From positions 266,779 to 330,778 of the forward strand of contig CAVTPJ010000002.1 of the NCBI GenBank assembly GCA_963736645.1: a stretch of 64,000 nt of DNA. Direction: 5' to 3'. The notes under the pieces were generated by a model. That model was not told where the DNA came from and ran no database searches. It saw nothing but the letters and a program-made list of their open reading frames with translations. How positions within the stretch are numbered: position 1 is the first letter of the stretch; each line of letters opens with the position of its first letter. Positions 1 through 9,749 of the stretch are shown here, piece after piece. The position numbers were made by a program, and so were the translations under genes. Origin of the DNA: an uncultured Thermoleophilia bacterium. Lineage in GTDB: Bacteria > Actinomycetota > Thermoleophilia > UBA2241.

Positions 1-193
1 CGATGCGGACGGCCTGGCTCTTGATGGTGATGCCGCGCTCGCGCTCGAGGTCCATCTTGTCGAGCAGCTGCTCCTTCATGTCGCGCGCGGCGACCGTCCC
101 CGTGGTCTCGAGGATGCGGTCGGCCAGGGTCGACTTGCCGTGGTCGATGTGCGCGATGATGCTGAAGTTGCGGATGTGGTCGAGCGAAGTCAC
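1..193 (-). CDS. lepA: Elongation factor 4 (LepA), 5' part; gene runs off the left window edge
   Basis: Manual reverse translation from GTG at 193: [29 protein letters not shown]...[18 protein letters not shown] (LepA G1 and effector motifs). Confidence 0.95.
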   Translation of the reverse strand, partial: MTSLDHIRNFSIIAHIDHGKSTLADRILETTGTVAARDMKEQLLDKMDLERERGITIKSQAVRI

Positions 194-233
194 GACCGCC
201 AATGATACAGGCTGCGAGCGAGGGAGGCTCCCC

Positions 234-795
234 TTGGCCATGCTGGTCTACTCGATGATCGTGTCGCTCGACGGCTACGTGGCCGATGAGGACGGCGATT
301 TCTCCTGGGCCACGCCCGACGACGAGGTGCACGCCTTCGTCAACGACCTCGAGCGGCCCGTCGGCACGTACCTCTATGGGCGGCGGATGTACGAGGTGAT
401 GATCGCCTGGGAGGATCCCGCCGACGGTCGCCGGCGAGGCGCCCGTGATGCAGGACTTCGCGCGGATCTGGCGGGCCGCCGACAAGGTCGTGTATTCGCG
501 TACGCTGGGGGAGCCGTCGAGCGCAGGAACGCGGATCGAGCGGGCGTTCGATCCTGAGGAGGTCCGGCGACTGAAGGCCGCCGCGGCGGGCGACCTCTCC
601 ATCGGCGGCCCGCACCTCGCCGGCCAGGCGCTGCGCGCGGGGCTCGTCGACGAGCTGAGGCTCGTGGTCGTGCCCCACGTGACCGGCGGCGGCACGCCCT
701 GGCTGCCCGCCGGGGTCCGGCTGAGGCTCGGACTGCTTGACCACCGCGGGTTCGGCAGCGGCGTCGTCTACCTCCGCTACCGCATCCATGACTAG
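234..795 (+). pseudogene. RibD C-terminal/dihydrofolate reductase-like protein, split by one frameshift (real or sequencing error)
   Basis: N-half [15 protein letters not shown]...TYLYGRRMYE in ORF 3..557; C-half VMQDFARIWRAADKVVYSRTL...GGPHLAGQALRAGLVDE in ORF 445..795; removing one C from CCC 417-419 joins them. Confidence 0.8.
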
Positions 796-822
796 AGCGC
801 CGGCGGCCGGCGGGCGGGGCGG

Positions 823-2409
823 TCAGTCAGGCGCGGGAGCGGATGGCGTGCCCCTCCTGCGGCGCCGCAGCACCTGCCGCACCACGCTGAGCTCCTCGAG
901 CTTGAGCAGCCTGGCCAGGCCGAGGTAGACGCCGCCGCCGGCCGTCACCGCGACCCCCACCGTCACGAGAAGCTGCACGAAGCCGTCGCCGGCGAAGTCC
1001 CGCAGCGCCGTCCAGACGCCGTAGGACACGGCGGCGAGCGCGGCGGCGCAGAGCAGTGCTCCGCCCGCCGCCGCGGCCATGCGGCGACCGTCGATCCGCC
1101 CGACGTCGCGCCTCAGCAGGAAGAAGAGCGCGAAGAAGTTGACGGCCGAGACGGTCGCCATGCTGAGGGTGATGCCCGGCACGCCGAGCGGCTTGTAGAG
1201 CAGCCAGCACAGCAGCACGTTCACGGCCAGGTTGCCGAAGCTCACATACATGGGCAGCCACGGTTTCTGCATGCTCTGGAAGGCCCGGTTGAGCATGATG
1301 TTGGAGTTGGCGAACACCAGCCCGACGGAGAAGAACGCGAGGGCGCCGGCCACTTCCACCGTCGCCGAGGAGCCGAACTGCCCGCGCTCGTACACCAGCT
1401 GGACGAAGGCGGCCGGCATGACCGCGAACCAGGCGACGAACGGCAGCGAGACGAACACCATCTGACGCACGCCCAGCGAGACGGTGTCGCGAAAGCGTAC
1501 CTCGTCCTTCTGCGCCGCGAACCGAGACAGCGACGGGAACAGGATGGTCCCGATGGTGACCGCGAAGATCCCCTGGGGCAGCTGGTACAGGCGGAAGGCG
1601 TAGCCGATCTCGGCCGCGGCGCGGTCGCTCACGAACTGCGCGAACCAGGTGCCGATCAGCGCGTTGAAGTTGAGCACGCCGAGCGTGATCGTGATCGGCA
1701 CCATGAGCAGCAACACGCGCCGCAGCAAGGGGTCGCCGAGCCCGAACCGCGGCCAGAGCCAGCGGCCGTGGTAGCGCGCCGCGCCGACGAGCAGGGCGAC
1801 CTCGATCACCGTGCCGATCAGCATGCCCCAGGCGATGGCTTCGACACCGAGCGACTCGTTGAAGAGCGCGATCGCGGCGATGATGACGAGATTCCAGACG
1901 ATCGAGACGACGGCAGGCATCGTGAACCGCTCGAGCGAGTAGAGGACGCCGCTGACCGCGCCGGCGACGGAGAGGAACAGGATCGTCGGCACGAGGATGC
2001 GCAGCAGGTCGGCGGCGAGGCCGGCGCCGGCCGGCGTGCCCGTGAGCTCGGGATACATCCAGGCCGTGAGCGGGCCGGCGGCGAGCGCGAGGATCACGAC
2101 GGCCGAGCCCACGACCACCACGATCAGGCCGAGCAGGTTGGCGGCAAGCCGGTAGGCTCGCTCCCTCTCCCCCTTGGCGAGCAGCGACGTGAACACGGGA
2201 ACGAAGGCCGCGCTGATGGCCGCATCCGCGAACAGCTGCTGCACCAGCTGCGGGATCACGGAGACCGAGACGAAGGTGTTGTACGAGGGGTCGACGCCGT
2301 ACACCGCCGCCGTGATCACCTCGCGGCCGAGGCCCGTCAGCCGGGAGATGGCGGTGGCCGAGGCGACGACGACCGCCGCGAGGGCGAGCTTGCGCTTGTG
2401 ATCGCTCAT
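823..2409 (-). CDS. murJ: Lipid II flippase MurJ/MviN
   Basis: SRLTGLGRE, AAISAAFVPVF, RLYQLPQGIF motifs; many TM segments; start set at ATG 2409. Confidence 0.93.
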   Translation of the reverse strand: MSDHKRKLALAAVVVASATAISRLTGLGREVITAAVYGVDPSYNTFVSVSVIPQLVQQLFADAAISAAFVPVFTSLLAKGERERAYRLAANLLGLIVVVVGSAVVILALAAGPLTAWMYPELTGTPAGAGLAADLLRILVPTILFLSVAGAVSGVLYSLERFTMPAVVSIVWNLVIIAAIALFNESLGVEAIAWGMLIGTVIEVALLVGAARYHGRWLWPRFGLGDPLLRRVLLLMVPITITLGVLNFNALIGTWFAQFVSDRAAAEIGYAFRLYQLPQGIFAVTIGTILFPSLSRFAAQKDEVRFRDTVSLGVRQMVFVSLPFVAWFAVMPAAFVQLVYERGQFGSSATVEVAGALAFFSVGLVFANSNIMLNRAFQSMQKPWLPMYVSFGNLAVNVLLCWLLYKPLGVPGITLSMATVSAVNFFALFFLLRRDVGRIDGRRMAAAAGGALLCAAALAAVSYGVWTALRDFAGDGFVQLLVTVGVAVTAGGGVYLGLARLLKLEELSVVRQVLRRRRRGTPSAPAPD

Positions 2410-2522
2410 GACTCCCTTGATTCGACCGCCGGAGGCGGAGTACTGCCCGGCGGGGCCGGCGGGCAGTCTAACAGAGCCGGCCGGCACGGACCCCAGCACG
2501 GCGGTACGGCCGTGCCCGCGCC

Positions 2523-3689
2523 TCACCGCGCCAGACCCGCCTCCTCCTTGAGCCGCAGGATGCGCCGCGCCGACGCCTCCGCCTGCTCGCGCGGCAGCCG
2601 GCCGGACCGGATGGCGGCCTCCACGGCGGCGATCACCTTGCTGGGGCTCGCCGAGCAGAAAAGCGCGAGATCGGCGCCGGCCCTCAGGGCGCGGACGGCC
2701 GCCGCCGGCGTGCCGATGCCGAGCGCCTTGGTCGTCGCCGCCATCGACAACGAGTCGGTGATGATCACCGTGTCGTCGCCCACGCGAGACCGCAGGTACC
2801 GCATGGCTCTGGACGAGAGACTGGCGGGCGTGCCCGTCTCCGTGAGCCCGCGCGACCGCAGGTGCCCCACCATCACCAGGGGGGCGCCGGCCGCGAACGC
2901 GCGCTCGAACGGCACCATGTCGCTTCTGCGCAGCACGGAGAGCGAGGGGATCCGCGCCGCGCCGCCGTGGGTGTCGGACGCCCAGCCGTGGCCGGGCCAG
3001 TGCTTGACGCACGGGAGGACCCGGGACGACGTGAGGCCGCGTACCCACGCGACGACGCGGCCACCCACTACTTTCGGGCGCCGCGAGAAGCACCGGTCCA
3101 GCCTGCTCATGTAGCGGCCGGGGACGTCCAGGTCCGCGACCGGCCCGAACACCACGGAGACGTGCAGCTTGCGGAGCCGGGCGCCGTAGTCACGGGCCGT
3201 CGACCTCGTCCTGGAGACACTCCATCCGCCCATGACCCGCGCCGACGGCAGCGGATAGATGACGCCGCGGAGCCGCTGGACCTGCCCGCCCTCCTCGTCG
3301 CTGGCGATGAAGGGCTTGACGCCGCCCGGCGCGGCGCGAAGGACGGCCGCGAGGTCCTTGCCGATGCTGCTTCGCGCCCCGCCGCCCAGGATCACGATGC
3401 CCCCGACGCCCCTGCGCGCCCAGCGGCGCCCCCGCAGCGGGTCTGCGGCCGGCACGCTGCAGAACACCAGTTGCGCCGCGAGTCGGCGGTTGGACCAGCC
3501 GGCAAGCTCGGAGGGAGCGGTCGGACTCGGCGACGCGGACGGTCCTACCTCCGTCACGCGCGCGCTGCCGGGCGTCGGCCCCAGGGCGCTCTCCGCGACG
3601 CGCTCCGACGCGCAACCGAGGGTCACGAGCACGAAGATCGCGACCGCCAGCAGCCCCGCCTTCACTGTGGTTTGACGAAGACCGGTCAT
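2523..3689 (-). CDS. GH3 N-terminal-domain glycosidase (NagZ-like beta-N-acetylhexosaminidase), probable lipoprotein
   Basis: SDEEGGQVQRL, KHWPGHGWASDTH, ITDSLSM; hydrophobic signal ending VTLGC. Confidence 0.8.
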   Translation of the reverse strand: MTGLRQTTVKAGLLAVAIFVLVTLGCASERVAESALGPTPGSARVTEVGPSASPSPTAPSELAGWSNRRLAAQLVFCSVPAADPLRGRRWARRGVGGIVILGGGARSSIGKDLAAVLRAAPGGVKPFIASDEEGGQVQRLRGVIYPLPSARVMGGWSVSRTRSTARDYGARLRKLHVSVVFGPVADLDVPGRYMSRLDRCFSRRPKVVGGRVVAWVRGLTSSRVLPCVKHWPGHGWASDTHGGAARIPSLSVLRRSDMVPFERAFAAGAPLVMVGHLRSRGLTETGTPASLSSRAMRYLRSRVGDDTVIITDSLSMAATTKALGIGTPAAAVRALRAGADLALFCSASPSKVIAAVEAAIRSGRLPREQAEASARRILRLKEEAGLAR

Positions 3690-3746
3690 GGCTCCGCCAG
3701 AACGTACCATCGCGAATGCGCACGGGCCAGAGGAGCGCCTCCGCGT

Positions 3747-3776
3747 TTGCCCGGCTGGTCGCGCCCGTGATAGCAT
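3747..3776 (+). promoter_or_regulatory. Candidate sigma70 promoter of rpsT
   Basis: TTGCCC (3747-3752), 18-nt spacer, TG-n-TAGCAT (3771-3776). Confidence 0.45.
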
Positions 3777-3844
3777 CTCGCGTCCGGACGCAGTCCCCAC
3801 TGCACCTGGAACCGTCACGAATCTAGCCTGATCGAAGGGATCAC

Positions 3845-4111
3845 GTGGCCAACATCAAGCAGCAGAAGAAGCGTATCCGCCTGGCCGCCAAGCAGCGGCT
3901 GCGCAACCGGCACGCCAAGTCGACCCTCAAGACGCTGTTCAAGCAGCTCGAGGACGAGGTCGCCGAGGGCCAGACCGAAGAAGCGACGAAGACCGCTACT
4001 TTCCTGACCTCGCGCATCGACAAGGCCGCCGCCAAGGGGATCCTTCACAAGAACAACGCCGCCCACAAGAAGAGCCGCGTCGCGCACACCATGGCGCGCC
4101 TCTCCTCCTGA
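3845..4111 (+). CDS. rpsT: 30S ribosomal protein S20
   Basis: MANIKQQKKRIR...RIDKAAAKGILHKNNAAHKKSR. Confidence 0.97.
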   Translation: MANIKQQKKRIRLAAKQRLRNRHAKSTLKTLFKQLEDEVAEGQTEEATKTATFLTSRIDKAAAKGILHKNNAAHKKSRVAHTMARLSS

Positions 4112-4123
4112 GCGACGGTCACT

Positions 4124-4175
4124 GAGAACGGCGAAGCGGGCGGGCCGCATGCGGCCCGCCCGCTTCGCCGTTCTC
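4124..4175. terminator. Perfect 52-bp palindrome between convergent rpsT and holA; probable bidirectional terminator
   Basis: GAGAACGGCGAAGCGGGCGGGCCGCA followed directly by its reverse complement. Confidence 0.75.
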
Positions 4176-4189
4176 GTCTCGCCGGCCTT

Positions 4190-5194
4190 CTACGCCAGCA
4201 GGCGCGCCAGCGCCAGCTCGACCACGAGCCGGTCGCCGTCGTTGACGCCGCCGATGGACTCGAGCGTGACCGGCGCTCTGCCCCGCAGCCCGGCCTCAGC
4301 CTCGGCCAGCGCGCGATAGGCGCGACCCAGCCGGCGCCTGTCGAAGCGCTCGCGCTGTTCCAGCAGCTTCTTGGCGGTGAACGGGTGCACCTTGAGCTGC
4401 TTGGCCGCCGTGGACGAGTCCGCGTGCGTCAGCTGCGCCGCCTGGTCGAGCAGCCCGATGTGGCGCTTGAGGCTGTAGAGAACGCCGTTGGCGTCGTTGC
4501 GCGGATCTCCGGAGGCGTAGATCGCCTCGAGCAGTTCGAAGCTGCGCGAGCGTTCGCGACGCCCGACGGCGTCCATCAGGTCGAAGATGCGCGCGTCGTC
4601 GTCGGGCGTGCAGACCGCGTCGACGTCCGCCGCCGTCGCCGCCTCCCCGCGGCAGTAGAGCGCGAGCTTCTCGACCTCGCGCTCGAGCCGCTCCGCGTGA
4701 CCCGGGTCGGCTCCGCAGCGGTCCAGCAGGTGTCTGGCGACGGCCGTGCTCATGGGCAGGTGATGCGCTCTGGCACGATCCTTCACCCACCCCGCCATCT
4801 CGTACTTCCTCGGCAGGTCGAACTCCAGCGTCCCCGACTTGCCGATCGTCTTGCGCAGTGGATCCGAGGCGGCAAAGGTCTCACCCTCGATCGCCAGACA
4901 CGTCTCGGGCATGGGGTCGTGCAGGTAGGCCACGATCTGCTGCCGCGCCTTGACCTTCCACCTGTGGCCGTTGAGGACGAGGAGGAGCCGGGTCCCGAGC
5001 GTCAGTCCGGGGCTGGACGCGGCCTCCAGCAGGACGTCGACCGACTCGTGCTCCGCGTCCACGACCACGATGTTGATGTCGCTGCCGGCCTCGTCGATCA
5101 CCCGTTGCCGAAGGCGCGTCACGGCACGGCGCACCTTGGGGCGATCCGTGCCGATGATGAGGTACGCGGGAAGCAGCTGGGCGGAGTCGGCCAT
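4190..5194 (-). CDS. holA: DNA polymerase III delta subunit
   Basis: AYLIIGTD...LEREVEKLALY...IFDLMDAVG...KVHPFTAKK; position between comEC and rpsT. Confidence 0.88.
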   Translation of the reverse strand: MADSAQLLPAYLIIGTDRPKVRRAVTRLRQRVIDEAGSDINIVVVDAEHESVDVLLEAASSPGLTLGTRLLLVLNGHRWKVKARQQIVAYLHDPMPETCLAIEGETFAASDPLRKTIGKSGTLEFDLPRKYEMAGWVKDRARAHHLPMSTAVARHLLDRCGADPGHAERLEREVEKLALYCRGEAATAADVDAVCTPDDDARIFDLMDAVGRRERSRSFELLEAIYASGDPRNDANGVLYSLKRHIGLLDQAAQLTHADSSTAAKQLKVHPFTAKKLLEQRERFDRRRLGRAYRALAEAEAGLRGRAPVTLESIGGVNDGDRLVVELALARLLA

Positions 5195-5269
5195 CGTGCA
5201 GTGAGGATAGCACGGCGGTAGGATGCTCCCGGCCGGTCTGACCGGCGGGAGGACCACGGGGGGTGACGC

Positions 5270-6565
5270 GTGACGCAGATGGCGCCGCAGACAGTCGCGA
5301 CCGGGACGTCGCCGGCGCTCGCTGCGCTGCTCGTCGTTCTCGTCGCGGTGGAGCTGGGGCTGCTGGCGTGGGCGCTCGTCGACCTCTACCGGCGCCCGAC
5401 GTCGCAGGTGAACGGCGGGAGCAAGATCCCCTGGCTGATCCTCTGCCTTCTGCTGCAGATCATCGGACCCGTCCTCTACCTCGCGATAGGCCGGGCGCGG
5501 CCGGCGGCGGCGGCCGAGACCCTCGTTCCCGGCGCCGCCGTGCCACCGCCGCTGGCGGCGCCGCGCGCGGAGGCGGCCGCGGTGGTCGACTCGCTCTTCG
5601 CGCGGCCGGCGGGCGCGCCGGACGGCGCATCGTCGTCCGGCCCGGCAGTCGAGCTCGACGGCGTGCGCAAGACCTTCGGCGACTCGGTCGCGCTGGATGG
5701 CCTCACGCTGAGCGTGCCGGCGGGCTCGATCTACGGCTTCCTCGGACCCAACGGCGCCGGCAAGACGACCACGCTGCGCATCCTCGCCGGCCTCGCGCAC
5801 GCGGACGCCGGCGCGGTCAGGATCCTCGGTCGCGACGTCGCCGGGGGCGGCGCCGACGCGCGCAGCCTCATCGGCTTCCTCCCCGACGTCCCCGCCTTCT
5901 ACAAATGGATGACGGCGCCGGAGTACCTGCGCTTCGCCGGCAGCCTGTTCGGCCTCTCCGGCAACGAGCTCGACGACCGCGTCGCCGCCATGCTCGAGCT
6001 GGCCGGGCTGGCCGGCGTGCGCACGCGCGTCGGCGGGTTCTCCCGGGGGATGAAGCAGCGCCTCGGCGTCGCCCAGGCGCTCATCCACGGGCCGCGGCTG
6101 CTGCTGCTCGACGAGCCGACGAGCGCGCTCGACCCCATCGGCAGACGCGACGTCCTCGACATGGTCGCCTCGCTGCGCGGCCGCACCACCGTCTTCTTCT
6201 CCACGCACATCCTGGCGGACGTGGAGCGCGTCTGCGACACCGTCGCCGTGATCGTCCATGGCAAGGTCGTTGCGCAGTCCGGCATCGACGAGCTGCGCAG
6301 CCGCAGAGGCGGTCTGAACCGCCTGAGCATCGAGGTGGACGACCCGCGCCGGCTCTGGGAGATGCTGGCCGGCGCGCCCTGGCTGCGCACGGTGGAGGCG
6401 GGCCAAGAGGGCGAGCTCCTCGTCACCTGCGACGACGTGGAGGCGGCGCAGCGCGAGCTGCCGGCCCTGGTAGGCCGGCTCGGCCTCGCGCTGCGCCGTT
6501 TCGGCGTCGACGAGCTCGACCTCGAGGACGTGTTCGTCGACCTCGTCGGGGAGGGCCGGCGATGA
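5270..6565 (+). CDS. ABC transporter ATPase with an N-terminal two-helix PLDc_N-like membrane segment
   Basis: Walker A GPNGAGKTT, FSRGMKQR, LLLLDEPT; N-term ALVDLYRR...SKIPWLILCLLLQIIGPVLYLAIGR. Confidence 0.88.
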   Translation: MTQMAPQTVATGTSPALAALLVVLVAVELGLLAWALVDLYRRPTSQVNGGSKIPWLILCLLLQIIGPVLYLAIGRARPAAAAETLVPGAAVPPPLAAPRAEAAAVVDSLFARPAGAPDGASSSGPAVELDGVRKTFGDSVALDGLTLSVPAGSIYGFLGPNGAGKTTTLRILAGLAHADAGAVRILGRDVAGGGADARSLIGFLPDVPAFYKWMTAPEYLRFAGSLFGLSGNELDDRVAAMLELAGLAGVRTRVGGFSRGMKQRLGVAQALIHGPRLLLLDEPTSALDPIGRRDVLDMVASLRGRTTVFFSTHILADVERVCDTVAVIVHGKVVAQSGIDELRSRRGGLNRLSIEVDDPRRLWEMLAGAPWLRTVEAGQEGELLVTCDDVEAAQRELPALVGRLGLALRRFGVDELDLEDVFVDLVGEGRR

Positions 6566-7326
6566 ACGGTTTCGCCCCGTTCCTGCGCAAGGAGCTCAAC
6601 GAGACCGTGCGCACCTGGCGTCTCTGGGTCCTGCCCGGGTTCCTGCTCTTCTCGGCGCTCAGCTCGCCGCTGGTCACCTACCTGATGCCGACGCTGCTGG
6701 ACAGCCTCGGCACCGCGCAGCAGGGGTTCAGCATCACCGTCGCGGATCCCACGGCGCTGCAGGCCTACCTGGAGTACCTGGGCAATCTGAGCGAGCTCAC
6801 GCTGTTCGCACTCGTGATCGCCTACGGCGGCATCGTGAGCGGCGAGGTCCGTGGCGGCACGGCCGCGCTCACGCTGGCCAAGCCCCTGTCGCGCGCGGCC
6901 TTCGTCACCGGCAAGTGGCTGTCGCAGGCGGCGGTCGTCCTCGTGGCCGCCGCGCTGGGCACCGTCGTCTGCATCGGCCTGACGCAGCTGCTGTTCGACG
7001 GCGGCCCCTCGGGCAGAACGGCGCTCGCGGTGGCGCTCTGGGCCGCGTACGCGCTGATGCTGCTGGCCGTGATGGTGCTCCTGAGCATCGAGCTCAAGGC
7101 GCCGGCGGCGGCCTCGGGGGCCGGCGTCGGCGTGTACGCGGCGCTGCTGGTGCTGGCGCAGTTCGAGGTCACGAGCGGCGCGACCCCCGCGGGCCTGCCG
7201 GCGGCGGGGCTCGCGATCGTCCGCGGCGAGCCCGCGCAGTGGGCCGGGCCGTTGGCGGCCACCTTCGTCGTCACCGCCGCCTGCCTCGTCGCCGCCGTCC
7301 TGCGGTTCGAGCGGCGCGAGATCTAG
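6562..7326 (+). CDS. ABC-2 type exporter permease
   Basis: FLRKELNETVRTWR, GEVRGGTAALTLAKPLSR, six hydrophobic segments; ATGA overlap with the ATPase. Confidence 0.88.
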   Translation: MNGFAPFLRKELNETVRTWRLWVLPGFLLFSALSSPLVTYLMPTLLDSLGTAQQGFSITVADPTALQAYLEYLGNLSELTLFALVIAYGGIVSGEVRGGTAALTLAKPLSRAAFVTGKWLSQAAVVLVAAALGTVVCIGLTQLLFDGGPSGRTALAVALWAAYALMLLAVMVLLSIELKAPAAASGAGVGVYAALLVLAQFEVTSGATPAGLPAAGLAIVRGEPAQWAGPLAATFVVTAACLVAAVLRFERREI

Positions 7327-7361
7327 GCCACCGCCGGCGCAGGGCGACCGCCGGCCCGGCG

Positions 7362-9740
7362 TCACCCTGCTTCGCCCTCCACTCCCCTCGTCGTCGCCGC
7401 GGCCAGGCCGGTCGGGACCGCCCAGACCGAGACGTCGCCGCGCTGGTCGGTGCGCGCGCAGGGGATCCCGGCGCCGGCGAGCAGATCCAGGCTCTCCGGA
7501 GTCGGATGGCCGTAGGTGTTGGGGCCCACCGAGATGACGCCGAGCCTCGGCTGCAGCTCGGCGAGGAGGGACTCGCTCACCCCTCCCCTGCTGCCGTGAT
7601 GCGGCAACTCGACCACGTCGCAGGGAGGCAGATCGAGGTCGGCAAGCACCTCCCCTTCGGCGTCGCCGGGCACCAGCGCCCGATGCCCGGCAAGGTCGAC
7701 CAGGGCGACGAGCGCGCAGTCGTTCTCGCCCTGGTTGCCGTCCTCGCCCTCCGGCGCCGACGTGGGGAGCACGCGCAGCGCCCAGCCTTCGCCGGCGGCG
7801 GCTTGGGCCGCGGTGACACGGCGCACCTCCGTACCGGCCGCCGCGAGCCGGGCGGCGAGCTCGTCCAGGGCACCCGACGGCGCCGGCGGCCGCGGCAGCA
7901 GCGCCGTGCCGATAGCGACCCGCCCTATCACGTCCTCCAGCCCGGCGACGTGGTCGGCATGGCCGTGCGAGAGGATGAGAAGGTCGATCCGCTTGACCCC
8001 GTGCCTCCGCAGCGTGGCGCCGAGCGGCGCGGGGCCGGCGTCGATGAGCACCGTGGGCCCGCCGGGCACCTGCAGCAGCGTGGCCGCCCCTTCGCCGACG
8101 TCCAGGAACGTGAGCGTCGGCCGGTCCGGCGGCCGCACGGGAGCAGGAGCCAGGAGCAGGGCCGCCGCGACCAGCGCCGCCGTCGCCACGGCGAACGGCG
8201 GCCAGCGGCGGCGGTCGCGCACGTAGGCGAGCAGACCGCCGCCGGACCGCGCCGCGAGCGCCGCCACCACGGCGACCTCGGCGAGCAGCCCGAGGACCAT
8301 GACCAGGCGCAACGTCACCCCCTGGTAGTCGTAGACGGCCCCCGGCAAAGCGGCGAAGAAGTGCGAGACGGTGAGCAGGAACCCGATGAACAACCCCGCG
8401 ACCACGTTGAGCGGGGCGGACAGCCACTCGCTCACGAACCCGAGCAGCAGCGAGAGCATGCCCAGGAACATGATAGGTCCGAGGACGAACCCGCCGGCCA
8501 CGTTGGCCGGAACGCTGACCAGCGAAGCGGACCCGAAGGTCAGCACCGAGACCGGGGCCGTGGAGATGCTGGCGGCCGTCGTCACTCCCACCTGCTCCGG
8601 GAGCGGACCCGGCAGAAACGAGACGGCGCGGGTGAGCGGCCCGGCGAGCACGAGCAGGCCGACGACCGCGCCGAACGAGAGCTGGAAGCTCACGTCGAAC
8701 AGGTTGTTCGGGTTGACCGTGAGCAGCCACGCGGCCGGAGCGAGCCACAGCAGCCAGCCGTCGCTGGGGCGCGAGGCGAGGATCGCGAGCAACCCGCAGA
8801 TGCCGGCGACCCCGGCGCGGACGATCGACGGCGACGCGCCGGTGAGCAGCACGTAGGTCGCGACCACCGGCAGCAGCAAGGCGGTGCGCAGGAGCCGGTG
8901 CATACCGAGCAGCGCGAACGCGAACGACCACATGGTGCAGAGCAGCACCACGTTCTCCCCGGAAACGGCCATGATGTGCAGCAGGCCGCTTCTGCGGAAG
9001 TCGTCGACCACCGCCTGGCCCACGCCCTCGTCATCTCCCAGCACCATGCCCTGCAGCACGTCGCCGACGGGTGAGCGCACACCGGCGGCCAGGTGCGCCC
9101 GTGACGCGAGACGGAGCCGGTCCACGATGCCCTGCAGCCCGCCCCTGCGCCCGACGACGACGAGGTCGGCGAAGTCGGCCTCGAGCAGCACGTGCTCGCC
9201 GCGCCGGCGCAGGTAGCGGCCGTAGTCGAACTCACCGGGGTCCGGCTCCGGCAACGGCTCGACGCTCGCGGAGGGCAACCGCAGCAGAGCGCCCTCCGTG
9301 AGCGGCCCGGTCGGGTCGTGCCCGAGGGTCTGCCCCTCGTCAAGCCGGAGCCGCAGGTGGGCGGGCTCGCGCACCTGGCGCCCCGCCACGCCGGTCACGC
9401 GGACGGCCAGGGTGACCCGGTCGGCATCGATGGCGGGCAGGTCCGTCAGCACCGCCGCGACGGGCACCGTGTCGCCGGTGTAGGCGGCGAGGGTGGAGCG
9501 CGCGACGGCGTCGAGACGGGCGCCGCCGAGGACCGCTCCGGCGCAGACGAAGAGTACGGCGAGCCCCGCGGTGGTGACGACGGGAGCGCGCGCACCGAGA
9601 GTCGCCGCGCGGAGGCTTGCCACCAGTGCGCCGGCACCCAGCACGACGAGCAGTGCGAGCGACGGCCGCCACGCCAAAGCGAGCAGGAGCCCGGCACAGT
9701 AGGCTCCAAGGAGCATGTGCGGAGGAGCGGGCAGGCGCAC
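7362..9740 (-). CDS. comEC: DNA uptake channel ComEC/Rec2
   Basis: HIMAVSGENV, TGASPSIVRA, FQLSFGAV; MBL domain FLDVGEG, SHGHADH, PHHGS. Confidence 0.95.
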   Translation of the reverse strand: MRLPAPPHMLLGAYCAGLLLALAWRPSLALLVVLGAGALVASLRAATLGARAPVVTTAGLAVLFVCAGAVLGGARLDAVARSTLAAYTGDTVPVAAVLTDLPAIDADRVTLAVRVTGVAGRQVREPAHLRLRLDEGQTLGHDPTGPLTEGALLRLPSASVEPLPEPDPGEFDYGRYLRRRGEHVLLEADFADLVVVGRRGGLQGIVDRLRLASRAHLAAGVRSPVGDVLQGMVLGDDEGVGQAVVDDFRRSGLLHIMAVSGENVVLLCTMWSFAFALLGMHRLLRTALLLPVVATYVLLTGASPSIVRAGVAGICGLLAILASRPSDGWLLWLAPAAWLLTVNPNNLFDVSFQLSFGAVVGLLVLAGPLTRAVSFLPGPLPEQVGVTTAASISTAPVSVLTFGSASLVSVPANVAGGFVLGPIMFLGMLSLLLGFVSEWLSAPLNVVAGLFIGFLLTVSHFFAALPGAVYDYQGVTLRLVMVLGLLAEVAVVAALAARSGGGLLAYVRDRRRWPPFAVATAALVAAALLLAPAPVRPPDRPTLTFLDVGEGAATLLQVPGGPTVLIDAGPAPLGATLRRHGVKRIDLLILSHGHADHVAGLEDVIGRVAIGTALLPRPPAPSGALDELAARLAAAGTEVRRVTAAQAAAGEGWALRVLPTSAPEGEDGNQGENDCALVALVDLAGHRALVPGDAEGEVLADLDLPPCDVVELPHHGSRGGVSESLLAELQPRLGVISVGPNTYGHPTPESLDLLAGAGIPCARTDQRGDVSVWAVPTGLAAATTRGVEGEAG

Positions 9741-9749
9741 GGCGCCCCC

